Source of the DNA: Phoronis australis
Taxonomy: Eukaryota; Animalia; Phoronida
Direction of reading: 5' to 3'
Length of the DNA: 64,000 nt
Assembly: GCA_002633005.1 (NCBI GenBank)
Contig: NMRA01000005.1
Location: 1,160,101 to 1,224,100 of the forward strand
The notes under the pieces were generated by a model. The model worked only from the letters and a program-made list of their open reading frames with translations, had not been told where the DNA came from and ran no database searches. Positions 32,539-46,990 of the stretch are shown in pieces; position 1 is the first letter of the stretch; the number at the start of each line of letters is the position of its first letter. The translations under genes and the position numbers were made by a program.

Positions 32539-34458
32539 TTTTACCCAGAAATCATCTGTACCATTGCTAAGTGGTTGTTGTCACTCACTAATGTTGATAC
32601 CCAAATTGAATAATAGTACCATAATTCTACACTTGTTTCACAAACTACTGGCGTTTTTTGCCACTAGTGCACAAATGCTTGTGAAACCACTACTGCTTTT
32701 TTGCCAGTTACCAAGTTAGGAACCTCTTGTAAGCACGGATGTTTTTGTGAACCCCCATTTCTGCTGACGGTTTCAGCTTTCAAAGCATTTTGTTATTTGT
32801 GACTAACAAACATTTATTTCTTCAAAGATTTTAATTTACTTCTGCAACTGAGGTGGCATAACCATTGCTCTGTGCATGCTAAACAGTGACTGTTTATACG
32901 CCCAAAGCATAGACATTAGAACAGGTTACAGTAAATCTTAAAGACATATTCTTCTCATTGGTAATTGACATATATTGCAGTGATGGTCATAAAATGTGCA
33001 CCTGAGGTATTAAGGAATGTAGAGTATGGCCCATTTATCTACAGGTGTGTGGAACTCTGCCTGTACCTAATCTTAAGCATATTTGTGTACACGCGCGAAA
33101 CAGTTTGATTATACTAGAGAGCATTTTTGATGAGATTGAAAGTTGGATCATCGCTATGAAATAGGCAACATTGAGACTAGTTGGTTAACCAACCCATAAA
33201 TAGGATTTGAAGTCTACACAATGAAAGTGTAGAATCAAGTGCTATACACATCACACTCGAATTGCACGTCAAACATTAACCTGCACGCGTTGAAATAGCG
33301 ATCATGTGAACGCATTTATCTTAGGAAGTAATACGGCAAATACAAATGCACTGAAATCAAGCTTTGGAAGAACTTATTCACTCGAAGACGCCATTTTTTT
33401 ACAATTCGCTTGTCACTCCATCATTTGTATTTTTTAACCTACCGGTGAACTCATGAATTAAAGCATTCACTGGGCTCATTGGCTGGCATTCGGGTCACTA
33501 CATGACGTCATCAGGTCAAAAACTTAGGGTAGAAAATAGCAGATGATTTGATTGGTTGTTAGAGGAAGGTAAAAAGAGGCAAAATATAACCAGCAAGGTC
33601 TTCTTTTCAGTTCACAAAAAAACAGCTACCGTATTTGCTTAGACGTTAGTTTTTCTTGCTGAACATGTCAGAATCATTTCACAGCAAAGTTGTTAAAAAT
33701 AAGTACTACAATGTAACAACATTTGGATCATTTGTCTTATAATGCAGAAAAAAATAGGGTTTTCAAAAAGGATCAAGTTTCTTAACACGACTCAGAGCTT
33801 TTGAAACATGACTTAAGATTTTTAAACACAGTGCAAGACATTGAATACTCGTAGGAAGAACCCAGGAGAGATCGCAAACGCGTCTTTCCGTTGCCCCAAT
33901 TTCTTATTCTGGCGTGAAAGATGGATGGAGTTGACAGGCAAATGCCAATGATTGACTCGCTGTCTACACCCAAATGTTCAAGAGTGCTGGTGAATCGTCA
34001 AATTTGGTGAAAACATTCAACATGTGTATATTTTTAAATTTATGTGCAACATTGCTAACAGAAGCATGCGTGCCTCAGTCTTACTACTAACAGGAGTCTA
34101 TCTTATACTTGTGGGCGAGCTCATTTTATTTGGGTGGCAGAACAAAAATTCTACTTTCAAAATATATACTTCAGGGTGTTGCTCAAAATTCTTGGCTGCC
34201 TTTCAAACTATTAGTCCTTTCATTGATACCAGCAGTGATTTGGAAATCCTCACCAAACACAGTTGCTAAAAAGTCTCCTAAGATTGTTGAATTCCCATTG
34301 TTGCTCTAATCATTGTGTAATGAAAATTATCGTATAAAACTTTAAAATAAAGGTGGATTTGTTTTATGCTGCACATTTTTATGAAAACAACAAAAAAATA
34401 CATTTTCACTTGTCTGCCATACTGTGTCCTAAAGTGGTGAGATTATGCCTTACTGTAG

Positions 34459-34600
34459 ATTGAAGATACATCCAGTATATGTATAGAGAGAGCATTGAAG
34501 ATACATCCAGTATATGTATAGAGAGAGCATTGAAGATACATCCAGTATATGTATAGAGAGAGCATTGAAGATACATCCAGTATATGTATAGAGAGAGCAT
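34459..34600. repeat. 35-bp tandem repeat, 4 perfect copies
   Basis: attgaagatacatccagtatatgtatagagagagc unit with no spacers. Confidence 0.95.
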
Positions 34601-37600
34601 CTGCTATTGAATGCAGATAAAGATCCATGATTTAAATTCTTACATTTCATACACATTTGGCGAATAAGTGAAATATCATTTTGTAAAATTTCTCTTCAAA
34701 AACAATGTTTGAAGAAAATTTGCTTTCTTGTTTTGGCAATGCTTGTCATTACAGTTGACAAAATTTTGACCATTTGAAGTCTCTGAAAATGAGGAATGTC
34801 TATCATTGTTTTTGGTATCAGGAAAATGATTCTGGTAAATTGTAGGTCGTAAGGTGGCGTCGAGCTTGCATTTAGAATTTTATCCATTACTGTAGTCACA
34901 TGGAACTGTTTGCCCACAGAGCCTGCTTGCTGATGATTTACTTTTTGCTCTCCATTTATAAGAAGAGTAGCCTTTATGCTTTAGTGCCACCTGGTGAATA
35001 CAAGGTCTCCCACTGTGTGTTACTATGAGCTGAATGCTCAGCTAACCGTGAATTTGTTATCGTTTATCAATGGGCTTTTCACATCAGATTGGTGATGCAT
35101 GCGTTTAATTCCTGCTCGTTTTGTCATCTGGATGAGATTAAATCACTTTACCTGCTTGTCCATATCTGTATAAACAAGTGGCAGATAGGAGTGCTGCTGA
35201 TTCTAATTATGCAGGAATTCTACAGGTCAACATCCACATTGCGGAAACACTAACCCTCAAATTTTCAAAAATTTTCAACAATGTCCCTCTCTAGGCTTGG
35301 ATTCTGTTGGTTGAGCTGAACTTCCGGCTGTACTTGTAATTTGTCAAAACACAGTTGTGGTTCAGGGCAAACAGGAAAGACTAAATGTGACTGCTTCTTG
35401 CATTTATGGTTAGAAAATCGTAAATTGTATGCTTTGATTTGTTGCATCATGTTACAATATTTGACAAACCAATGATGTGAATTGTGAAAATCATACAAGA
35501 AGAGTGAATGAAAATGATATTCTTGGTACCGGAAAGAAAATGTTTTCTTCTGTGTGTGCAAACACTGTAGCAAAACAGAGAGCTAAGGGTATCTTAAAAC
35601 TCAAAACCTCCGAGGTGCTTCAGGGAAATATTTCCATCATTAAGCTGCTCAATGCTGGGTTTTCACCATGCAGTAGTGGTATGTGGTGTTTATTAAATCA
35701 TGTTTGATATTTGGGCTTCTAGGAAATGTATCCTTTCTGCTCTACTACGCCCACGTTTTGGCTAAAACACCCACATCCGAATTATGTAAAATTAACCTTT
35801 AGGCAACCAAGCTTTATGGTGGAATCGATTAAATGCGAGTTTCTTGGCTTTTTGGTTTCACAATCGAAACGCCCTGGGCATTTACGCCCAAGCAAGTAAG
35901 TTTTGTTTAGCTATTTGAAAACGTTTACGTGCTTTATCTCTTGCGTAGGAACATGTCTCACCTGATAAGAGGTTGGAATTAATTAAAAACCAATCTTCGA
36001 TAGTGAAATTGCTTTTTACGGCATTTATGTATTCCTTGCCTCGATAAGAAGTATGCTATTGGGGATGTTTTGACGTCCAATGCAATATTAAAAACATATC
36101 GGTTGTGTCGGTATTATGTTGCATATAATCCCACTCACTATCTTTTGATATTCGAACAACACAGACGTATTGATTAGCGTAAAACGATTCATTTCCAATT
36201 ATGTGATACATGAGGCATAAATTAGCAGCACTTTGGTTGTACATTTCGCGTAGACATCATTTTTATGTTGATCTTCACCACAAGGCTAGGCATAGTGAAT
36301 ATCATATTTCTGCTTGCGCCTAGGTGTTGTTCTGTGCAAGTCTGTTGAAGACTGCTTAGAGTGGATGTTATGGCCAAATCAATGAGCTGGCTTCTATAGA
36401 TTTTGATGGATGGGTTTTCTATTTGACTTGAGTTGCACAATACTTTGGACATAATGCTTTGAGACAACACTAGCTGTCTAAAAGTCCACAGTGGTTGTGT
36501 GCTATCAGCTAATTGGTACTGGAAAAAGAGATGGAGACAAGTTTGAACTGATACAAATGTGAATTTAAATAACTGCTGGCACAGTTGAGCTGATGACATG
36601 TACCCATATGTTAGATCTTCAAGTACATGTTTGTGACATGCATACATTTTTTGTTTTACAATATGCGGGTAATTTTTTGTTGATATTATTTCTGGGCATT
36701 TGACCAGCTGGCGTCTACCAGCCATCCTCCAAATCCTGGTTGGCTTTTTAAGATATTTGGCAGTCATGTAGTTAATATGTGGTGTTTCGCTCTAGATAGA
36801 ATCATAACACTGAATAGTACTGTGGAAACGAAAGGCCAGTTATGATTATAAAAATGTGCGTTTCATATTCAATAGATTTAGGTACGCCGAAGTCGACGTT
36901 TTGACATTTAATCTTGTACGGTTGGCCTCATCCAATCAACAACCAAGAACACCGGAACATCAGCGTATTTTCGTTGTCTCAAGTTTTCCCTCTTCGGTGT
37001 TTCATATCTGCACGTGTGTGATGTTCAATCATTGCAGCAAGTCACATGACTTTCAAAATTGAGAATGCAGTTGAATGCGCTGGGATAACCCAGAAGCAAG
37101 CAGAATAACGATGGCATATTTGAGGCAACTAAAATACCTTTGGTGTTCTGGATGACTTTTGCAATAAGTGAGCCCGAGTCCAAGAGTATTGTATGTTGGA
37201 AGGCGGATGCTCCCTCTGGTGGCAATGTTTGAAATGGTCCTCCCTCCAACAAAAATAATTACCAAAATGGTTTAAAGAATTTCTTTCCTTATAATGGATT
37301 GAATTTTATGTCTGTGCATGCATTTCTCCTAATTAGAGTTCAGTCGATTGAAAAAACGTCCTGGGTATAGTTGGATTTGTTGTTCCCTTGACTAAACACA
37401 CATGCACAATGGTGTCTTCTGGGTCATGGTGATGGTAAACAGCAATATTATTTTCTTGCATACACGAGACGTGCTCACCTGTATTAAAATATCCCAAGTT
37501 TTTTCAGCCGGCATGTTGCAATTTCCGAAATGTGGAAATTATTCCCTACAGTAATATCAGCACGGGTGTCGATTTTGTTTTTCTTTTCGGAAATACTTGT

Positions 37601-40600
37601 GTGTTAAGAAAATAGAATGATAATAAGCAAACATGTCTGATGAGTGTTATGTTTGATGGGCAGTTGATTATCAATGAATTTAAAATGGTCTAATAATTGC
37701 TTGCCAAGATCCAGCTAATACTATGTCAATCTGTGCAATGTCCATAAACAGATCAACAGATTGATTGTGTTCAGGCTATCTGAACAACACTAGTGCATCA
37801 CTCTTAAAACATAAGTCACTTTCCATTAGCCTAACTATGGTCAATGGAAAGGCCATTGCAAATCCCCATTACTTTTCAAACCAACTTCATTCCTGAAGCG
37901 ACATCGTAGTTACTGCTTGTTCTATAAACACCAGATGGCATAGTTAATTTACAGTCTCGATTGAATTCGTGTTTTGCATGCCTCGACATCTAGCGATTGG
38001 TCCTGTTGCTGGGCAGTTGCACCAACTCTGCAGTTTAATCCTTTTACGTATTTGTGAGAGATGTGATTGACCGTTCATGTCCAGGAGTTACAATTTCCTT
38101 TTGACTGAAAGTCTGAAACATGGAAATTGTGGCATTGATTGGAAAGTGAATATAGTTGCTTCACTTATAAACATAGCTCATAGGGCTGTTAGACTTAGTT
38201 AATTGGCTCACAAACTCGCAGCTTACTGAATGCTGAAACCTGTGCCCGATTTACATAACAAGGCTTACACACCCAAAAACGTCTTTCTGTGTACGGACTT
38301 TGGTTAGCTTATGTGCAGATACCGTGTTTATGAGTGTAGCGGCTGTGTCGTTTCTGTCGCCTGGAGTTGCATTTTACCTGCCATCCAGATTATGAAGTCT
38401 TTATCTATGCCCTGTGTGTAACAACATGGCTATTTAGGGTAGAACTGTTGAATGCCGGTTGTGAAATGATAGACCAAGACAGTTGTAATCCCCCATTAAA
38501 GTGGTAGTTATTTAGGTTAATAAATTTGATTATCGGTTATGAAGCTATTCAGTGCCTTTCAAATGTCTATCTCATCGATTTGCTGTTTTCAATTTAATTC
38601 TATGCATTTGATTCGAGTGTGTCTGCAAAAGTTTGTGGTTTAATAAGGACTTAGTTTAGTTGCTTACAATGTAGTTTGGTTGACAGCTCTGGTGACTATG
38701 GTATTTTGATAACTGACATTTATCTCAAAATGGTTATTCGCATTTTGTGTATCACATTTATCCGTGTATATTTAACCATTCCTACATATTTAGACTGCAC
38801 CTACATTATTTGTCCATATTTGTCCACACTTGTTTTACTTGTTATCCAGTGAGGTCCATTTGGAGACTCTGTTTCCATGACAACAACCACAGGGTGTGGT
38901 TGTTGTACCTATGACTCATTCCCGCTTGTGGCTGGTGTTCCTCTGTCATGAGTCACGAATAATCACATTCTGAACTCCATTCTCTTCTGTCGTGACGGAA
39001 GGAAAATGTGTTACCTAGGCTTTGAAGGGGTTGACTGCTAAAGAATTCTGGACTGAGGCAGACGGAGAAAGAATGGCGTATTGCCCCTCTCCCAGCTTGC
39101 CAAATTTTTTAGTCGCCAATATCAGTACCTGTGCATCATTAAAACTTTTAGCCAAGAGAATGGCATATGTCAAAATAATTTTCATTATGAAATATTGGTT
39201 ATCGTGGCAGCACTGAACAACTGTTGATCATCACAAGTGCCCTCCATAAGCTTGGCATTGTGGGTAATTCTTGAGAATAAGAGTGGTGGTGTGGTATTTG
39301 GGGATAGGGCTGTTTTTTAGTCTTGTTTACTATCATGTCGCATCGTCACTTGTGTGGTTTGTCAGGTGATACTCTCCGCAGCACCTCTGTCCCTCTTTGA
39401 TTAGTATATTTAGAAACACAGTGGGTAGATATTAATTCGTCCAAGACATCTCCATCTGTTTTGAGCTGAGGTCACAGCTTGCTAACATCTTTGTTGTTCT
39501 AATGCCTGTTAAGTCACTTGTAAACACGATTTCTAATCAAAAATCACATCAAGACCTCAGGTCAGTTCCGTTGTAAGTTGATTTAAGCTGATTAGAAATG
39601 AAGGAAATGACGTGTTTGTGGCAAGTGTTCTGTTTTATTAGTTACTTCGTCTTGTTCAGTGTTTTTATCATGAGTACTTTTCTTTGAAGTGGACACTGAA
39701 GAGTGCAATCATGTTGTTTTAAGCTATCTTCTGTCCCCTCTCAAGAGTTACTGTGCCTAACTGTTCTTTACTCAGCAAGTTTGAATTTTTATTTCAGATT
39801 GAAGAAATCTATTATGAGCATAGATAACTTTAAGTTCCATACATGCTGAAAATGGGCTATAAACACTCAAACTTACACCTTTACAAATATGTTTGTTATC
39901 CCCTATTTTGTTGTGATTATCAGATTGTGTGTTGCCAAATATTCCCCTTACATTGTTACACTAATCTGTTATCAAAACCCACTCCAGTTGGTGCTTGTGT
40001 AGTTCTACAGGGGTGTATAATTCACTATTCATAGACTGTATGAAAGGTCTGAATTGGACAGAATTGGTCCTCTTGAAAAGTTTGAACATTGCTGCTTGGG
40101 TTATATGTAATCTGATGTGTTGATTTATGTGCTTTGTATATGAAAATCATGGTGGTATCATATTCTTACCAACAATCAAGTCTTTTCCCTGTGCATATCA
40201 GGCCTTGGCTGCATTTCGGCAACTGGAGGAATTTTCTTTTTAAATGTCAAATTTCTCTGCTTAAGAAAATGCCAGCTTCATTACACTAGGACTAAACAAC
40301 AACAGTTGGTATTCTGAGCATATTTTTATCAGTCCAACAAATGAAAAAGCGGCAATTTGGGTTTGTAATTTATCTGTTTTCTAAAATTGTGAAATTCCAA
40401 GAAGTACAAAAAACAAAATGTAATTTGCTGGAAACTCGGGACAGAAGATTGGTTTAGTTTCTACCCAAGCATTTTCTGCTGATATTTCTTGGGTTTGACT
40501 GTTTCAGAAACGGAATCTTCTCATTATCCCAGTTATGCTGACTCACTCTCACAATGCGCGTTGGGATTTTTTACCAGTTTGCCGCCAAATCCACTAATGT

Positions 40601-42232
40601 TCATATTTGTCTTGTACGGAAAAATATCGAAGGAAAATGTCTCTGAGTCATTGGTAAGCATTTTTTGCACGAGGTGACTCCAACCCTCTGTCTGATTGGT
40701 CAGTGACGCTATAGCACTCGGCAACTGGTGGGTTGAGTAAAGGGGATAGCAACCAGTTTTGACGTAACCGTATGTAAAAATACAGGTCTCCATTTATCTT
40801 GGACGCATATAACCGTGGTAATCATTGTTCACGTGATCTGTATTTACAAGCCATGAAACAAAAGAAAGGGACGTTAATGGCTGGGCAAAAGTCATGCATC
40901 TTGTTTCTGTTTTCACTTCCGTTCAGCAAACACGGATGATCAACGCAGACTGTTCAATAGTGAGTAGAAATTGTGTTTGCTCGATGGAAGTGAGTGTAGA
41001 ACCTAGATGTGGAGCCTTTTGCTGGGCCATTAACATCGCATTCTATTGGTTCAGGTACAGTAAATAAGGCATCAGTTGAAGAACTGCAATTAAATCAGAA
41101 AAATGTATCTTCTAAGTAAGCATTATTTTTTACTAATTGTAACAAAAAAGGTTGCACTGCCCTTAAAGGTTACCCTGATGATAGAACCCAGTTACCGCCA
41201 GGCCATCTCTCGCGTATGTTGTTTTGAGAAAATTTCCCAGCTTGGAAAAAATCGTGACTTGTCGATCAAGCTTTGTGCTTACGCCTACCGTACATGGCAG
41301 TGTGATTTCTGCTGTCTTTGTTTTGAGATTTGCTGCCAGTGTGAGATGTATAAGACATGACAGCTGAGTTGCATAACATCGGGTTCCTACTCTCCAGTGT
41401 AGTCAACTCCTACTCAGGCTCTGGTCATTAATTATGTCTTGAAAGTTTTATCAATCTGGGCTGACCTGTTAAATGTTTAACCTAATGTTTGAAATTATGG
41501 TAAGTTATACCCTAATGGTTGGTGTGAGAGCATTGGTTAATGGAAATGCTTACGTCTCCTCTTAAACTGAAGTTAAAAGCTGAACTTGGCTGTAAATCTG
41601 AAGATTTAACTGGGACATCAACAATGGGTGCAGTGGAAACTCTCATAAATTCGATGTCAACGAAGCTATTGGCTGATATTGCATGCTGTCAACATGGACA
41701 CGTGCTGGGTTAAAAATTTGTAAACACCTATTCACCGCCATCATGTTAGTTGTCTCCGAATTATGTACTCGAACCTTGATGTTTGAAAATTAAGCTTTGA
41801 ATGACAGCGCCACCTTTGGATAACTTTGCCAAACCTGGCAATAACTTTGATGATGACTATACTCGAAAACTGATGAGAAAGTTTCAGTTTACTTTCCTGT
41901 TTAAGTCTGTGTACCTTCAATAGTGGGAAAAGCCTGAGGTTATGCAGGACCCACATTTGACTAACACTTGGGAATGTCATATCTCAGATACCATGCTAAC
42001 TGTGCACTGCTTTCCAAGTTGTTGCTAGGAATTGTTTTGAAAATGTTCAACTTTTGCATGAAGGGCTATCAAAAAGTACGATTTTGTTGAAAAAAATTTA
42101 AAGTTGAATAGAATGAAATGATATTTTATGGAACTGTAACAGCTTTTTTTAAAATCTCGCATTGAAATTTAAATAAAATAAAACCTTGATATTGATGCTG
42201 TTGTTTTGCTGTCAACGTACTTTTCTTTTCTG

Positions 42233-42325
42233 TTAGACATGGTCAAATGACCCAGTTAGATATGGTCACATGACCCGGTTAGATATGGTCACATGACCCA
42301 GTTAGATACGGTCATGTGACCCAGT
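42233..42325. repeat. 23-bp tandem repeat, 4 copies, inside a dispersed repeat (about 41950-42430, related to about 53140-53960)
   Basis: ttagatatggtcacatgaccc(a/g)g unit; flanking blocks ttttgcatga.gggctat and gctttctactttca recur near 53272 and 53783. Confidence 0.75.
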
Positions 42326-42883
42326 CAATAACAGTTCGGTTAAAAGTAAAAAATCGAAATCTACAGGCTTTCTACTTTCATGAGATGCATAGTTTTAGGC
42401 AATTAAAATCTACAGTTTTGACCATATGTTGGCTATATCCTCAGGCCTGTCAGTAAGGCTCTATATAACTATAAGAGCCTTAGGCTGGCTTTATGACTAA
42501 CCTGATAAAAGTCTGCTTTCAGCATGTTGACTTACAAGGTTCTGCTGAATGGGATGATGTCTGTCACTGACAATAAAGATATTTGAAATATTTCAGGTCT
42601 TTCAGGTTAATGGTCATTGCAAATTTGATAGCATCAGTAAAAGGTAATGGGTATTATGCCAAGCATGGGTGTTTTTTTAAGCCAATTTTCAAAAGCAATC
42701 AAAAAAGGACTTGGAAAAATTAAGAAAAAGTATCGTATGCCGGTTTTGGGCAAGTGGATAGTCCTGCATTGTGGGAGCTGAAGTGAGCGTTTTGAAAATG
42801 TGATGCTCGAAGACTTGGGAATCGAATGTCTCAAATTTATTTAAATGAAGGATAGTTGAAAACTGGAGCATGTCATTTGAATA

Positions 42884-43289
42884 GGCCCTTTCCGCCTAAC
42901 GTCAACGTGTCGATGTTTTGGGGAGTTGTGGTCAGTATGAACGGTTAACTGCGGTCATGGTTCAAAGTTAACAGTGCCAGTTAACTTCGCAGTTAATATG
43001 TGGATTTAACTCTGTACTGTGGTGCTGTATGAACGATCAACTTCGGTCTCATCAAAATTATCGCCAGGGGCCACTGTTATCATCAGATTAGAAATAAGCT
43101 ATATATCAAATAGCACTTGTAAATGTCCTCAAATTGTCACTTTAGAAAAATCTTTGCGTGCATGCGATGCATCAGCGCTGTGATTACTTCAACGATGACA
43201 GCGCCACCTACCACCTACTGAAGCTGGTATGAACAATTCAATTAACTTCGCCTTTTGCATTGACACTCTGCCCCTAGTATGAAAGGGCC
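42884..43289. mobile_element. MITE with GGCCCTTTC...GAAAGGGCC ends (Harbinger-like), same family as 52771-53067
   Basis: Terminal inverted repeats; shared internal blocks caggggccact.ttatc and attacttc..gatgacag. Confidence 0.6.
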
Positions 43290-43342
43290 TCATGAAGATG
43301 TTGGGAAAATTGAGGGTAGAACTAGAGGAGTACAGTAGCTAT

Positions 43343-43786
43343 CAGGCCTTTATCCAGCGTACGTCCATTTGGACGCCCTAGCACTAATATGGATGCCCTG
43401 GCAAGGACACCCAATGTATCATTTGGACGCCCACTATCAATAGGAACCTTTCAAGTTTGGACTCACACATTGTAATGATTTCTAGGAAGCCTATGAAGAC
43501 TCACAGTGGTGGCTCTTTGAAAAATGAAATATGCAATGTATGCTCACACTTGGTTGATAGCATTGTAAAAGTCTTGCTCTACACAAGTAGTAAAAATGCT
43601 CACTACTGAAGGCTGTTTTGTAAACTTAGATGTAAAAAGCTTGGTCTATGCATTTTTTGTAGAAAAATCTGTGTGTTTGGGGGCATTGCTGGGGGTGGGG
43701 GGTTACGCATTGGAATCATAGACGCCCTGGAATATTGGGAATCCCATTTTGGACACCCTATTTTCGAAATCCGGGATGAAGGCCTG
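43343..43786 (+). mobile_element. hAT-type non-autonomous element with 8-bp TSD
   Basis: TIR CAGGCCTTTATCC...GGATGAAGGCCTG; GTAGCTAT duplicated at 43335-43342 and 43787-43794; near-identical copy at 63400. Confidence 0.85.
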
Positions 43787-44907
43787 GTAGCTATCCACTG
43801 TGGTACCTCTCAAATAAGTTGTTGTTGACAGATTTCATTACCCTGAGTTGGCCAAATACCCAGGCACTCATCTCCTCTTCTGGTACAGAACATCTTATGC
43901 TCTGTAGATGTGAAATGGAGTTCAAGGGCCATTTAGTGTACATTGACTGGCTTGTAGGTAGTAGCACTCAGTCACAGGTTAGCCAGTGATGATTGGACGC
44001 ATCACCTGTTGTTGAGACTGGAAACTGGCAGTACATGAGCCTAGCAAGGATGTTCCGAAAGAACCAGGAAATAGACTCCATGGAGACTCTTTTGGAAGCG
44101 AGGTTCAAAAATGTCCCCATTAGGATCTAATGGGTAGTTTTCCTTGTCTTATACATGTATATAGGTCTTTATAGCCATGACATATCGAGTGGCACTTGTC
44201 ATCAGAACCATTTTTGGAATATTTTGACTGTGCCAAATGCAACACCTTCAAATGACCTTCATTTCCTCTTCAAAAAACTTGTGTTGGATTGCTTGCATCA
44301 CCAACATTTGCTTTGATGTCATGACAGAAGACATTTGAGCATCTGTACAGTCTTCTCAAATTTGTCATGTACCTTGCCCCAATGCTGTATTTAGACACAA
44401 CCTGCTTCCTCGTACCTTTGAAACCTACAGTAACATACCTTTAACACATATGCAGGCCACTAGTTGATGAATGATCTGTCTAAGTTTGCCTCTTTCATCC
44501 ATCTATTTTTGCACAAAATGCTCCTCTATGCTTCTGTATTAGGTTTGGAACTGAATTCGACGTTTTTGTGTTTGATTCAGAAATTTTGCGAGATTGCATC
44601 TTTTCTGAAAATCAGTGTACATCTATGATCATCACTTTAATCTGCTTTTTAACTCGATGTTTTTAACACAAACTGTTTTACAAACAATTAATCCATGTTT
44701 ACAATTAGAATGTTTTGTCTCAATCAGTGATTCAGAACTACTTGAGCCTTCTTTATATACCAATATTATGCCAGCAAACAGTTAAACTAAAAACAAACCA
44801 ATGCAAGGGAAAATACTAGAAGAGCCTCTAGAGAGATGACCAAGTGTAGTTATATATGTGTAGTTATAAATCTGCGGGATATACAGTACCAGGCAGAATA
44901 CCAAATA

Positions 44908-46246
44908 CGGTATTCACCCTAATAAGCGCCCATGTCCCTATAAGCACCCCCCGCGATTTCAGACTTTGCTAAAATAAGCGTCCAGTCTATGAACCCTGTG
45001 TACATGCGAAAAATGCCTTGCCTACAGTTTTAAAATTCTGCTGTAACGTCTTCAATTTATCGATAAGATCTGACAGTCCTGAAAAAGTCATTGTGCGCGG
45101 AATTTGTAGACCACGAGCCTCGCCACTGTCGGTATTTAGCCGTGACTATACACTTCAAACTTGCGTCGTGCTTCAAAAAGAACGCAAGCGCGAATCGAAG
45201 ACTAATAAAAACTTGACCTTTGTTCAGTTAAAAGCACGTGGCCAGGAAGCGCGCGCTACATTTAAGTACCTGTCATTGAAGATTAGTCTTCGGGAACTAT
45301 CTATTCATGAAACGGGTAGCATAGCATCGGCAAGAAATAGATATTGGCACTAATTTCTGAAGTTTCTAATACCTTAAAAAACATTTGCGTTATTTTTAGG
45401 AGGAATTATTAAATTAGTTGTAATTGGTGTTTATAAAGTCAAAAAGACCCACTATAGTGAACACTTCCACACCCTTACACCCCCGAATCTCCCGAAAAAT
45501 AACCGTTAGACTGTCACGCATCCAGTCACCCGGTGACTCAATTACATCGACCTTACAATGCTCGAACTTTTTTTAGCAGACGAGATCAACAAGTGCTAAA
45601 TAAAACACGTACTGCTTTACTGTTTGTGTTAATTACCTTAGTTATAATGCACACCTGTATTGTTACATCGCGTTCACTCTGGCAAATGAACTCTGGTGAC
45701 ACCCACATGCTCGCTCACTCACACAATACGCAGACGAACTTCAAAACAAACATCACGTGACAACAACATGTGTGTTTGTCCAGAGATTTTTCTCGTGTTG
45801 CGGAGTATGATCTAGTGCAGATTTAGACTTAATATGGTGATAATCCAGACTCCACAGGAATTTAAAAATCTTAGGGACGCTATTTTGAAAACTTAAGGAC
45901 TTCAGGTAATTTGTTGAATCGAATCTATATTTTTACTCAAGAATTCAAGTTGACCTATTGGCGATCGCGAGGCAGCCACGCATCAGTCGGCGATTTTTCG
46001 CACTGGGATTTTCTGAAAAAGTGCTCGTAATTTAACAACAAAGTTTGATAGCAATGCACTGCAATTTTGTAGAAACTCTTGGCATAGGTTACAGATGAGT
46101 CACAGAGCGTAAAATTGATGAATTCCAGCTTACAATTTCACCCGTTTTGGAGACCGGGTTTCGACCACTTTTGGGCTATAATTAGCGCCCCCCTTCCTGA
46201 AGCGAATTTTTCTAAGCACCCTGGGCGCTTATTAGGGCGAATACAG
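44908..46246. mobile_element. Tc1/mariner(pogo)-type non-autonomous element, about 1.34 kb
   Basis: TA|CGGTATTCACCCTAATAAGCGCCCA...TGGGCGCTTATTAGGGCGAATACAG|TA; subterminal taagcgccc/taagcaccc repeats; no transposase ORF. Confidence 0.8.
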
Positions 46247-46561
46247 TACTGGTGGATTCTCTGCAGCTAAAGCATTACCTAAGAACACATGCACTCACTC
46301 AGGTGAATGGCCTGGTGTCTGTTATAATTTGTTATTATACATGCTAGGATACCTTGTCACATGTGCACCCTTACTAACATAATGGCAGTCACTGGTCTAC
46401 CGACATCACATTTGTCTTCAACTCGGGACCTATGTTGAACATAAACGTCTTTGATTCTATTGGTGTAGTTTCTGTAAATTGTGTTTGTGTTATAGTTGCT
46501 ATGTTTTTTGTGATTAATTGTATGTGTTCGAGGAGCTGAGAATTCACGAAGATGTGATGCT

Positions 46562-46990
46562 TAAAGGGCAATGCACACGATGCAGATTTTTGTCGGTAGA
46601 CTTGAAGATGTTTTATCTAGGGCAAGTTGCGGTTTTTAGTTGGTTTTGATCTCCGTCTTCTTGTGCAATAATAGCACTGTTACACGGTAATTCTTGGCTT
46701 ATCTAGCATCCAAAATGGCCGAAAAGCATAATTTCTCCCTAAAAATTAAAATCAAGAAAATTTTAGTCTATAAAGCATGGTTTGTACTGTGTAGATTTCA
46801 TATAACAAATTTTGCAGTAAAGTAATCGCCATTTGAAAATGGAAAATGACAATTTTGGCTATTTTGCTCAAAATTAGTGGAGAATTTCTGTAATGTGTAC
46901 AAAAGTTTTGGGTGAATCAACTACATCACGATGCTAACATCTGTACTGTTCTGCGCTTTCTATTTTCTTTTTAATGTTCACTTTGAATTA
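46562..46990 (+). mobile_element. Dispersed repeat related to about 12470-12850
   Basis: Shared blocks atggccga.aagc, agcatggtttgta and tttgaaaa...aaatgac..ttttggc in the same order. Confidence 0.5.

Noticed and set aside
34459-34600. CRISPR-like 35-bp repeats (also the 50-bp and 21-bp arrays)
   Set aside because: Head-to-tail repeats with no unique spacers, no cas genes and a eukaryotic context.
36222-36767. 181-aa minus-strand ORF
   Set aside because: No recognisable domain or coding-like composition; probably chance, though a homology search was not possible.
41070-41090. agttgaagaactg, resembling the 3' half of miR-22
   Set aside because: No seed match and no supporting hairpin.
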